From Utricularia gibba (Eukaryota > Plantae > Magnoliophyta): a DNA stretch of 64,000 nt. A program made the position numbers and the translations under genes. This document shows, piece after piece, positions 51,801 to 64,000 of the stretch; position 1 is the first letter of the stretch, and each line of letters opens with the position of its first letter. Under the pieces are notes generated by a model. It saw only the letters and a program-made list of their open reading frames with translations. It did no database searches and had not been told where the DNA came from. Location of the stretch: NCBI GenBank assembly GCA_002189035.1, contig NEEC01000247.1, positions 4,710-68,709 on the forward strand, in the 5' to 3' direction.

Positions 51801-54800
51801 TTTTGCCGGGCTACAAATGACTATGGGCCCGATTTCGACAAGACCTCCGGCCGATCCTAGTGCCCCTCGAGAGCGCCTCCTCAAATAAAAAGTATGTGGT
51901 TGGAAAACCATTTGGGGTGCTCATGACATCCTAACTTCAATAAATGCATCACGATTTTCGTTGAATAGGACCCGATTGGGCTCAGGAGTCGAACCGAACC
52001 TTGGGTCCGGATGAACTTCCCAACGAAAGCACCCACCCAAAAACGACAAGCTTTTCCTTCAGAAACAATGTAGCAGCTGCCGAAAACCCAACGTTAATAA
52101 ATGGATCACTTTTTTGCCGGGCTACAAATGACTATGGGCCCGACCTCCGGCCGATCCTGGTGCCCCTCGAGAGCGCCTCCTCAAATATAAAGTTGTGGAT
52201 GGAAAACCATTTGGGGTGCTCATGACATCCTAACTTCAATAAATGCATCACGATTTTCGTTGAATAGGACCCGATTGGGCAGGAGTCGAACCGAACCTTG
52301 GGTCCGGATGAACTTCCCAACGAAAGCACCCACCCAAAAACGACAAGCTTTTCCTTCAGAAACAATAGGCAGCTGCCGAAAACCCAACGTTAATAAATGG
52401 ATCACTTTTTTTGCCGGGCTACAAATGACTATGGGCCCGACGCGACCTCCGGCCGATCCTGTGCCCCTCGAGAGCGCCTCCTCAAATATAAAGCTTTGGA
52501 TGAGAAAACCATTTGGGGTGCTCATGACATCCTAACTTCAAAAAATGCATCACGATTTTCGTGAATAGGACCCGATTGGGCTCAGGAGTCGAACCGAACC
52601 TTGGGTCGGATGAACTTCCCAACGAAAGCACCAAAAAAACGACAAGCTTTTCCTTCAGAAACAATGTAGGCAGCTGCCGAAAACCCAACGTTAATAAATG
52701 GATCACTTTTTTTGGCTACAAATGACTATGGGCCCGAGCCGACCGACCTCCGGCCCGATCCTGGTGCCCTCGAGAGCGCCTCCTCAAATATAAAGCTTGT
52801 GGATGAAAACCATTTGGGGTGCTCATGACATCCTAACTTCAAAAAATGCACGATTTTCGTCAATAGGACCGATTGGCTCAGGAGTCGAAACGAACCTTGG
52901 GTCCGGATGAACTTCCCAACGAAAGCACCCACCCAAAAAACGACAAGCTTTTCCTTCAGAAACCATGTAGGCAGCTGCCGAAAACCCAACGTTAATTAAT
53001 GGATCACTTTTTTTGCCGGGCTACAAATGACTATGGGCCCGAGTTCGATAGACCTCCGGCCGATCCTAGTGCCCCTCGAGAGCGCCTCCTCAAATAAAGC
53101 TGGTGAGAAAACCATTTGGGTGCTCATGACATCCTAACTTCAATAAATGCATCACGATTTTCGTTGAATAGGACCCGATTGGGCGCAGGAGTCGAACCGA
53201 ACCTTGGGTCCGGATGAACTTCCCAACGAAAGCACCCACCCAAAAACGACAAGCTTTTCCTTCAGAAACAATGTAGGCAGCTGCCGAAAACCCAACGTTA
53301 ATAAATGGATCACTTTTTTTTGCCGGGCTACAAATGACTATGGGCCGAGCCCGACCGACCTCCGGCCCGATCCTGGTGCCCCTCGAGAGCGCCTCCTCAA
53401 ATATAAAATCTTGTGGATGAGAAACCATTTGGGGTGCTCATGACATCCTAACTTCAAAAAATGCATGATTTTTGTTGAATAGGACCCGATTGGGCTCAGG
53501 AGTCGAACCGAACCTTGGGTCCGGATGAACTTCCCAATGAAAGCACCAAACCAAAAACGACAAGCTTTTCCTTCAGAAACATGTAAGCAGCTGCCGAAAA
53601 CCCAACGTTAATAAATGGATCACTTTTTTTCCCGGGCTACAAATGACTATGGGCCCGAGCCCGACCTGACCTCCGGCCCGATCCTGGTGCCCCTCGAGAG
53701 CGCCTCCTCAAATATAAAGCTTGTGGATGAGAAAACCATTTGGGGTGCTCATGACATCCTAACTTCAATAAATGCATCACGATTTTCGTCGAATAGGACC
53801 GATTTGGCTCAGGAGTCGAACCGAAACTTGGGTCGGATGAACTTCCCAACGAAAGCACCCACCCAAAAAGACAAGCTTTTCCTTCAGAAACAATGTAGGC
53901 AGCTGCCGAAAACCCAACGTTAATAAATGGATCACTTTTTTTGCCGGGCTACAAATGACTATGGGCCCGAGTTCGAAGACCTCCGGCCCGATCCTAGTGC
54001 CCCTCGAGAGCGCCTCCTCAAATAAAAGCTTGTGGTTGAGAAAACCATTTGGGGTGCTCATGACATCCTAACTTCAATAAATGCATCACGATTTTCGTTG
54101 AATAGGACCCGATTGGGCGCAGGAGTCGAACCGAACCTTGGGTCCGGATGAACTTCCCAACGAAAGCACCCACCCAAAAACGACAAGCTTTTCCTTCAGA
54201 AAAATGTAGGCAGCTGCCGAAAACCCAACGTTAATAAATGGATCACTTTTTTTGCCGGGCTACAAATGACTATGGGCCCGAGCCCGACCCGACCTCCGGC
54301 CCGATCCTGGTGCCCTCGAGAGCGCCTCCTCAAATATAAATCTTGTGGATGAGAAACCATTTGGGGTGCTCATGACATCCTAACTTCAAAAAAATGCATG
54401 ATTTTTGTTGAATAGGACCCGATTGGGCTCAGGAGTCGAACCGAACCTTGGTCCGGATGAACTTCCCAACGAAAGCACCACCCAAAAACGACAAGCTTTT
54501 CCTTCAGAAACATGTAAGCAGCTGCCGAAAACCCAACGTTAATAAATGGATCACTTTTTTTCCCGGGCTACAAATGACTATGGGCCCGAGCCCGACCGAC
54601 CTCCGGCCCGATCCTGGTGCCCCTCGAGAGCGCCTCCTCAAATATAAAGCTTGTGGATGAGAAAACCATTTGGGGTGCTCATGACATCCTAACTTCAATA
54701 AATGCATCACGATTTTCGTCAAATAGACCGATTTGGCTCAGGAGTCGAACGAAACTTGGGTGGACGAAGTTCCCAACGAGCACCCACCCAAAAAAGACAA

Positions 54801-57800
54801 GCTTTTCCTTCAGAAACCATGTAGCAGCTGCCGAAAACCCAACGTTAATAAATGGATCACTTTTTTGCCGGGCTACAAATGACTATGGGCCCGAGTTCGA
54901 TATGACCTCCGGCCCGATCCTAGTGCCCCTCGAGAGCGCCTCCTCAAATAAAAGCATGTGGTTGAGAAAACCATTTGGGGTGCTCATGACATCCTAACTT
55001 CAATAAATGCATCACGATTTTCGTTGAATAGGACCCGATTGGGCGCAGGAGTCGAACCGAACCTTGGGTCCGGATGAACTTCCCAACGAAAGCACCCACC
55101 CAAAAACGACAAGCTTTTCCTTCAGAAACAATGTAGGCAGCTGCCGAAAACCCAACGTTAATAAATGGATCACTTTTTTTGCCGGGCTACAAATGACTAT
55201 GGGCCCGAGCCCGACCCGACCTCCGGCCCGATCCTGGTGCCCCTCGAGAGCGCCTCCTCAAATATAAATCTTGTGGATGAGAAACCATTTGGGGTGCTCA
55301 TGACATCCTAACTTCAAAAAATGCATCACGATTTTTTGTTGAATAGGACCCGATTGGGCTCAGGAGTCGAACCGAACCTTGGTCCGGATGAACTTCCCAA
55401 TGAAAGCACCAACCAAAAACGACAAGCTTTTCCTTCAGAAACCATGTAAGCAGCTGCCGAAAACCCAACGTTAATAAATGGATCACTTTTTTTCCCGGGC
55501 TACAAATGACTATGGGCCCGAGCCGACCTGACCTCCGGCCCGATCCTGGTGCCCCTCGAGAGCGCCTCCTCAAATAAAAGCTTGTGGATGAGAAACCATT
55601 TGGGGTGCTCATGACATCCTAACTTCAATAAATGCATCACGATTTTCGTCGAATAGACCGATTGGCTCAGGAGTCGAACCGAAACTTGGGTTGGACGAAC
55701 TTCCCAACGAAAGCACCCACCAAAAAAAGACAAGCTTTTCCTTCAGAAACAATGTAGGCAGCTGCCGAAAACCCAACGTTAATAAATGGATCACTTTTTT
55801 GCCGGGCTACAAATGACTATGGGCCCGAGTCGAAGACCTCCGGCCCGATCCTAGTGCCCCTCGAGAGCGCCTCCTCAAATAAAAAATGTGGTTGAGAAAA
55901 CCATTTGGGGTGCTCATGACATCCTAACTTCAATAAATGCATCACGATTTTCGTTGAATAGGACCGATTGGGCGCAGGAGTCGAACCGAACCTTGGGTCC
56001 GGATGAACTTCCCAACGAAAGCACCCACCCAAAAACGACAAGCTTTTCCTTCAGAAACAATGTAGGCAGCTGCCGAAAACCCAACGTTAATAAATGGATC
56101 ACTTTTTTTGCCGGGCTACAAATGACTATGGGCCCGAGCCCGACCCGACCTCCGGCCCGATCCTGGTGCCCCTCGAGAGCGCCTCCTCAAATAAAAGCTT
56201 GTGGATGAGAAACCATTTGGGGTGCTCATGACATCCTAACTTCAAAAATGCATCACGATTTTTGTTGAATAGGACCCGATTGGGCTCAGGAGTCGAACCG
56301 AACCTTGGTCCGGATGAACTTCCCAATGAAAGCACCAACCAAAAACGACAAGCTTTTCCTTCAGAAACCATGTAAGCAGCTGCCGAAAACCCAACGTTAA
56401 TAAATGGATCACTTTTTTTCCCGGGCTACAAATGACTATGGGCCCGAGCCCGACCGACCTCCGGCCCGATCCTGGTGCCCCTCGAGAGCGCCTCCTCAAA
56501 TAAAGCTTGTGGATGAGAAACCATTTGGGGTGCTCATGACATCCTAACTTCAATAAATGCATCACGATTTTTCGAATAGGACCCGATTGGCTCAGGAGTC
56601 GAACCGAAACTTGGGTCGGATGAACTTCCCAACGAAAGCACCCACCCAAAAACGACAAGCTTTTCCTTCAGAAACAATGTAGGCAGCTGCCGAAAACCCA
56701 ACGTTAATAAATGGATCACTTTTTTTGCCGGGCTACAAATGACTATGGGCCCGAGCCCGACCCGACCTCCGGCCCGATCCTGGTGCCCCTCGAGAGCGCC
56801 TCCTCAAATATAAAGCTTGTGGATGAGAAAACCATTTGGGGTGCTCATGACATCCTAACTTCAAAAAATGCATCACGATTTTCGTTGAATAGGACCCGAT
56901 TGGGCTCAGGAGTCGAACCGAACCTTGGTCCGGATGAACTTCCCAACGAAAGCACCCAAAAACGACAAGCTTTTCCTTCAGAAACCATGTAGGCAGCTGC
57001 CGAAAACCCAACGTTAATAAATGGATCACTTTTTTTTCCCGGGCTACAAATGACTATGGGCCCGAGCCCGAAGACCTCCGGCCCGATCCTGGTGCCCCTC
57101 GAGAGCGCCTCCTCAAATATAAAGCTTGTGGATGAGAAAACCATTTGGGGTGCTCATGACATCCTAACTTCAATAAATGCATCACGATTTTCGTGAATAG
57201 GACCGATTGGGCTCAGGAGTCGAACCGAACCTTGGGTCCGGATGAACTTCCCAACGAAAGCACCCACCAAAAAAACGACAAGCTTTTCCTTCAGAAACAA
57301 TGTAGGCAGCTGCCGAAAACCCAACGTTAATAAATGGATCACTTTTTTTGCCGGGCTACAAATGACTATGGGCCCGATTTCGACCGACCTCCGGCCGATC
57401 CTAGTGCCCCTCGAGAGCGCCTCCTCAAATATAAAGCTTGTGGATGAGAAACCATTTGGGGTGCTCATGACATCCTAACTTCAATAAATGCATCACGATT
57501 TTCGTTGAATAGGACCCGATTGGGCGCAGGAGTCGAACCGAACCTTGGGTCCGGATGAACTTCCCAACGAAAGCACCCACCCAAAAACGACAAGCTTTTC
57601 CTTCAGAAACAATGTAGGCAGCTGCCGAAAACCCAACGTTAATAAATGGATCACTTTTTTTGCCGGGCTACAAATGACTATGGGCCCGAGCCCGACCCGA
57701 CCTCCGGCCCGATCCTGGTGCCCCTCGAGAGCGCCTCCTCAAATATAAAGTTGTGGATGAGAAACCATTTGGGTGCTCATGACATCCTAACTTCAAAAAA

Positions 57801-60800
57801 TGCATCACGATTTTTTGAATAGGACCCGATTGGGCTCAGGAGTCGAACCGAACCTTGGGTCCGGATGAACTTCCCAACGAAAGCACCCCCAAAAACGACA
57901 AGCTTTTCCTTCAGAAACATGTAAGCAGCTGCCGAAAACCCAACGTTAATAAATGGATCACTTTTTTTCCGGGCTACAAATGACTATGGGCCCGAGCCCG
58001 ACCGACCTCCGGCCCGATCCTGGTGCCCCTCGAGAGCGCCTCCTCAAATATAAAGCTTGTGGATGAGAAAACCATTTGGGGTGCTCATGACATCCTAACT
58101 TCAATAAATGCATCACGATTTTCGTCGAATAGGACCCGATTGGCTCAGGAGTCGAACCGAACCTTGGGTCGGATGAACTTCCCAACGAAAGCACCCACCC
58201 AAAAAAGACAAGCTTTTCCTTCAGAAACAATGTAGGCAGCTGCCGAAAACCCAACGTTAATAAATGGATCACTTTTTTTGCCGGGCTACAAATGACTATG
58301 GGCCCGAGCCCGACCCGACCTCCGGCCCGATCCTGGTGCCCCTCGAGAGCGCCTCCTCAAATATAAAGCTTGTGGATGAGAAACCATTTGGGGTGCTCAT
58401 GACATCCTAACTTCAATAAATGCATCACGATTTTCGTTGAATAGGACCCGATTGGGCTCAGGAGTCGAACCGAACCTTGGGTCCGGATGAACTTCCCAAC
58501 GAAAGCACCAACCAAAACGACAAGCTTTTCCTTCAGAAACAATGTAAGCAGCTGCCGAAAACCCAACGTTAATAAATGGATCACTTTTTTCCCGGGCTAC
58601 AAATGACTATGGGCCCGAGCCCGACGACCTCCGGCCCGATCCTGGTGCCCCTCGAGAGCCCTCCTCAAATATAAAGCTTGTGGATGAGAAAACCATTTGG
58701 GTGCTCATGACATCCTAACTTCAATAAATGCATCACGATTTTCGTTCGAATAGGACCGATTTGGCTCAGGAGTCGAACCGAAACTTGGGTCGGATGAACT
58801 TCCCAACGAAAGCACCCACCCAAAAACGACAAGCTTTTCCTTCAGAAACAATGTAGGCAGCTGCCGAAAACCCAACGTTAATAAATGGATCACTTTTTTT
58901 GCCGGGCTACAAATGACTATGGGCCCGAGCCCGACCCGACCTCCAGCCCGATCCTGGTGCCCCTCGAGAGCGCCTCCTCAAATATAAATCTTGTGGATGA
59001 GAAACCATTTGGGGTGCTCATGACATCCTAACTTCAAAAAATGCATGTTGATTTTTGTTGAATAGGACCCGATTGGGCTCAGGAGTCGAACCGAACCTTG
59101 TGTCCGGATGAACTTCCCAATGAAAGCACCAAACCAAAAACGACAAGCTTTTCCTTCAGAAACCATGTAAGCAGCTGCCGAAAACCCAACGTTAATAAAT
59201 GGATCACTTTTTTCCCGGGCTACAAATGACTATGGGCCCGAGCCCGACCCGACCTCCGGCCCGATCCTGGTGCCCCTCGAGAGCGCCTCCTCAAATATAA
59301 AGCTTGTGGATGAGAAAACCATTTGGGGTGCTCATGACATCCTAACTTCAATAAATGCATCACGATTTTCGTCAAATAGTACCTGATTTGGCTCAGGAGT
59401 CGAACCGAAACTTGGGTCGGACGAAGTTCCCAACGAAGCACCCACCCAAAAAAGACAAGCTTTTCCTTCAGAAACCATGTAGGCAGCTGCCGAAAACCCA
59501 ACGTTAATAAATGGATCACTTTTTTGCCGGGCTACAAATGACTATGGGCCCGAGTTCGATAGACCTCCGGCCCGATCCTAGTGCCCCTCGAGAGCGCCTC
59601 CTCAAATAAAAGCATGTGGTTGAGAAAACCATTTGGGGTGCTCATGACATCCTAACTTCAATAAATGCATCACGATTTTCGTGAATAGGACCCGATTGGG
59701 GCAGGAGTCGAACGAACCTTGGGTCCGGATGAACTTCCCAACGAAAGCACCCACCCAAAAACGACAAGCTTTTCCTTCAGAAACAATGTAGGCAGCTGCC
59801 GAAAACCCAACGTTAATAAATGGATCACTTTTTTTGCCGGGCTACAAATGACTATGGGCCCGATCGACGACCTCCGGCCCGATCCTAGTGCCCCTCGAGA
59901 GCGCCTCCTCAAATAAAAAGTTGTGGAAAACCATTTGGGGTGCTCATGACATCCTAACTTCAATAAATGCATCACGATTTTCGTTGAATAGGACCCGATT
60001 GGCTCAGGAGTCGAACCGAACCTTGGTCCGGATGAACTTCCCAATGAAAGCACCAACCAAAAAACGACAAGCTTTTCCTTCAGAAACCATGTAAGCAGCT
60101 GCCGAAAACCCAACGTTAATAAATGGATCACTTTTTTTCCCGGGCTACAAATGACTATGGGCCCGAGCCCGACCGACCTCCGGCCCGATCCTGGTGCCCC
60201 TCGAGAGCGCCTCCTCAAATATAAAGCTTGTGGATGAGAAAACCATTTGGGGTGCTCATGACATCCTAACTTCAATAAATGCATCACGATTTTCGTCAAT
60301 AGGACCGATTTGGCTCAGGAGTCGAACGAAACTTGGGTCGGACGAAGTTCCCAACGAAGCACCCACCAAAAAAGACAAGCTTTTCCTTCAGAAACCATGT
60401 AGGCAGCTGCCGAAAACCCAACGTTAATAAATGGATCACTTTTTTGCCGGGCTACAAATGACTATGGGCCCGAGTTCGATGACCTCCGGCCCGATCCTAG
60501 TGCCCCTCGAGAGCGCCTCCTCAAATAAAAGTATGTGGTTGAGAAAACCATTTGGGTGCTCATGACATCCTAACTTCAATAAATGCATCACGATTTTCGT
60601 TGAATAGGACCCGATTGGGCGCAGGAGTCGAACCGAACCTTGGGTCCGGATGAACTTCCCAACGAAAGCACCCACCCAAAAACGACAAGCTTTTCCTTCA
60701 GAAACAATGTAGGCAGCTGCCGAAAACCCAACGTTAATAAATGGATCACTTTTTTTGCCGGGCTACAAATGACTATGGGCCCGAGCCCGACCGACCTCCG

Positions 60801-63800
60801 GCCGATCCTGGTGCCCCTCGAGAGCGCCTCCTCAAATATAAATCTTGTGGATGAGAAACCATTTGGGGTGCTCATGACATCCTAACTTCAATAAATGCAT
60901 CACGATTTTCGGAATAGGACCCGATTGGGCTCAGGAGTCGAACCGAACCTTGGGTCCGGATGAACTTCCCAACGAAAGCACCCACCCAAAAACGACAAGC
61001 TTTTCCTTCAGAAACAATGTAGCAGCTGCCGAAAACCCAACGTTAATAAATGGATCACTTTTTTTGCCGGGCTACAAATGACTATGGGCCCGAGCCCGAC
61101 CCGACCTCCGGCCGATCCTGGTGCCCCTCGAGAGCGCCTCCTCAAATATAAAGCTTGTGGATGAGAAAACCATTTGGGGTGCTCATGACATCCTAACTTC
61201 AATAAATGCATCACGATTTTCGTCGAATAGGACCCGATTGGGCTCAGGAGTCGAACCGAACCTTGGTCCGGATGAACTTCCCAACGAAAGCACCCACCAA
61301 AAAACGACAAGCTTTTCCTTCAGAAACCATGTAAGCAGCTGCCGAAAACCCAACGTTAATAAATGGATCACTTTTTTTTCCCGGGCTACAAATGACTATG
61401 GGCCCGAGCCCGACCGACCTCCGGCCCGATCCTGGTGCCCCTCGAGAGCGCCTCCTCAAATATAAAGCTTGTGGATGAGAAAACCATTTGGGGTGCTCAT
61501 GACATCCTAACTTCAATAAATGCATCACGATTTTCGTCAAATAGGACCGATTTGGCTCAGGAGTCGAACCGAACTTGGGTCGGATGAACTTCCCAACGAA
61601 GCACCCACCCAAAAACGACAAGCTTTTCCTTCAGAAACAATGTAGGCAGCTGCCGAAAACCCAACGTTAATAAATGGATCACTTTTTTTGCCGGGCTACA
61701 AATGACTATGGGCCCGAGCCCGACCGACCTCCGGCCCGATCCTAGTGCCCCTCGAGAGCGCCTCCTCAAATAAAAGCTTGTGGTTGGAAACCATTTGGGG
61801 TGCTCATGACATCCTAACTTCAAAAAATGCATCACGATTTTCGTTGAATAGGACCCGATTGGGCTCAGGAGTCGAACCGAACCTTGGTCCGGATGAACTT
61901 CCCAATGAAAGCACCAACCAAAAACGACAAGCTTTTCCTTCAGAAACCATGTAAGCAGCTGCCGAAAACCCAACGTTAATAAATGGATCACTTTTTTTCC
62001 CGGGCTACAAATGACTATGGGCCCGAGCCCGACCTGACCTCCGGCCCGATCCTGGTGCCCCTCGAGAGCGCCTCCTCAAATATAAAGCTTGTGGATGAGA
62101 AAACCATTTGGGGTGCTCATGACATCCTAACTTCAATAAATGCATCACGATTTTCGTCGAATAGACCCGATTTGGCTCAGGAGTCGAACCGAAACTTGGG
62201 TCGGATGAAAGTTCCCAACGAAAGCACCCACCAAAAACGACAAGCTTTTCCTTCAGAAACAATGTAGGCAGCTGCCGAAAACCCAACGTTAATAAATGGA
62301 TCACTTTTTTTGCCGGGCTACAAATGACTATGGGCCCGATCGACCCGACCTCCGGCCGATCCTAGTGCCCCTCGAGAGCGCCTCCTCAAATAAAAAGTTG
62401 TGGTTGGAAAACCATTTGGGGTGCTCATGACATCCTAACTTCAATAAATGCATCACGATTTTCGTTGAATAGACCCGATTGGGCAGGAGTCGAACCGAAC
62501 CTTGGGTCCGGATGAACTTCCCAACGAAAGCACCCACCCAAAAACGACAAGCTTTTCCTTCAGAAACAATGTAGCAGCTGCCGAAAACCCAACGTTAATA
62601 AATGGATCACTTTTTTTGCCGGGCTACAAATGACTATGGGCCCGATTTCGACAAGACCTCCGGCCGATCCTAGTGCCCCTCGAGAGCGCCTCCTCAAATA
62701 TAAAGCTTGTGGATGAGAAAACCATTTGGGTGCTCATGACATCCTAACTTCAATAAATGCATCACGATTTTCGTGAATAGGACCCGATTGGGCTCAGGAG
62801 TCGAACCGAACCTTGGGTCCGGATGAACTTCCCAACGAAAGCACCCACCCAAAAACGACAAGCTTTTCCTTCAGAAACAATGTAGGCAGCTGCCGAAAAC
62901 CCAACGTTAATAAATGGATCACTTTTTTGCCGGGCTACAAATGACTATGGCCCGAGCCCGACCCGACCTCCGGCCGATCCTGTGCCCCTCGAGAGCGCCT
63001 CCTCAAATATAAAGCTTGTGGATGAAACCATTTGGGTGCTCATGACATCCTAACTTCAAAAAATGCATCACGATTTTCGTGAATAGGACCCGATTGGGCT
63101 CAGGAGTCGAACCGAACCTTGGTCCGGATGAACTTCCCAACGAAAGCACCCACCCAAAAACGACAAGCTTTTCCTTCAGAAACCATGTAGCAGCTGCCGA
63201 AAACCCAACGTTAATAAATGGATCACTTTTTTCCCGGGCTACAAATGACTATGGGCCCGAGCCCGACCGACCTCCGGCCCGATCCTGGTGCCCTCGAGAG
63301 CGCCTCCTCAAATATAAAGCTTGTGGATGAAAAACCATTTGGGTGCTCATGACATCCTAACTTCAATAAATGCATCACGATTTTCGTGAATAGACCGATT
63401 TGGCTCAGGAGTCGAACCGAACCTTGGGTTGGACGAACTTCCCAACGAAAGCACCCACCCAAAAACGACAAGCTTTTCCTTCAGAAACAATGTAGGCAGC
63501 TGCCGAAAACCCAACGTTAATAAATGGATCACTTTTTTTGCCGGGCTACAAATGACTATGGCCCGAGCCCGACCCGACCTCCAGCCCGATCCTGGTGCCC
63601 CTCGAGAGCGCCTCCTCAAATAAAATGGATGAGAAAACCATTTGGGTGCTCATGACATCCTAACTTCAAAAAATGCATTGATTTTCGTTGAATAGGACCC
63701 GATTGGGCTCAGGAGTCGAACCGAACCTTGGTCCGGATGAACTTCCCAACGAAAGCACCCACCAAAAACGACAAGCTTTTCCTTCAGAAACCATGTAAGC

Positions 63801-64000
63801 AGCTGCCGAAAACCCAACGTTAATAAATGGATCACTTTTTTTCCCGGGCTACAAATGACTATGGGCCCGAGCCCGACCGACCTCCGGCCCGATCCTGGTG
63901 CCCCTCGAGAGCGCCTCCTCAAATATAAAGCTTGTGGATGAAAAACCATTTGGGGTGCTCATGACATCCTAACTTCAATAAATGCATCACGATTTTCGTC
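48860..64000. repeat. Array domain 3: HOR containing two extra diverged half-monomer variants (C: cttcaaaaaatgc / cccaatgaaagcaccaa; D: cgtcaaatag / gatttggctc / gaaacttggg / ggacgaagttccc / aaaaagacaag)
   Basis: cccaatgaa near 49238, 50165, 51400, 53533, 55396, 56322, 59116, 60040 and 61901. Each is followed one monomer later by a full or partial D segment; full ggacgaagtt copies occur near 49537, 50463, 51697, 54772, 59419 and 60339. Confidence 0.85.

Larger units (their letters stand above)
1..64000. repeat. Tandem satellite DNA array, ~312-314-bp monomer, ~205-208 head-to-tail copies, truncated by both window edges
   Basis: The same unit (cggatgaacttcccaacgaaagcaccc...aacgttaataaatggatcac...gactatgggcccga...cctcgagagcgcctcctcaaat...catttggggtgctcatgacatcctaacttc...ggagtcgaaccgaaccttgggtc) recurs throughout. 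Anchor aaATGgatc falls at 94, 402, 707, 1010, 1321, 1630 and so on. No inverted copy and no unrelated insertion was seen. Confidence 0.99.

Noticed and set aside
1-64000. Repetitive small-protein gene array (hundreds of 60-170-aa ORFs on both strands)
   Set aside because: The ORFs occur in all frames on both strands with variable starts and ends, and indels are not restricted to multiples of three. This is what a translated satellite looks like.
1-64000. CRISPR array
   Set aside because: There are no unique spacers; the whole 313-bp unit repeats, and there are no cas genes.

Overview
The whole 64-kb window is one uninterrupted, head-to-tail tandem satellite array on a single orientation. The monomer is about 312-314 bp when full length (about 309 bp on average here because of many 1-bp homopolymer deletions), and my manual count gives about 205-208 copies. 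I found no gene, RNA gene, transposon, CRISPR array, inversion or unique insertion; every listed ORF is a frame of the monomer. The informative content is the internal structure of the array. (1) The monomer is an old dimer of a ~156-bp unit. (2) Variant monomers form higher-order repeats (mostly 3-mers of ~925 bp, with 2- and 4-mers). (3) The array divides into three allele domains (~1-29 kb, ~29-48.9 kb, ~48.9-64 kb). (4) One copy at 40.6 kb lost about half a monomer, rejoining in register through the old internal homology. (5) Many diagnostic substitutions are CpG>TpG/CpA. The pattern fits eukaryotic centromeric, pericentromeric or subtelomeric satellite DNA, but taxon and family cannot be assigned from the sequence alone. 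Part of the fine-scale variation looks like long-read or consensus error. I see no evidence for a novel gene-encoded system.
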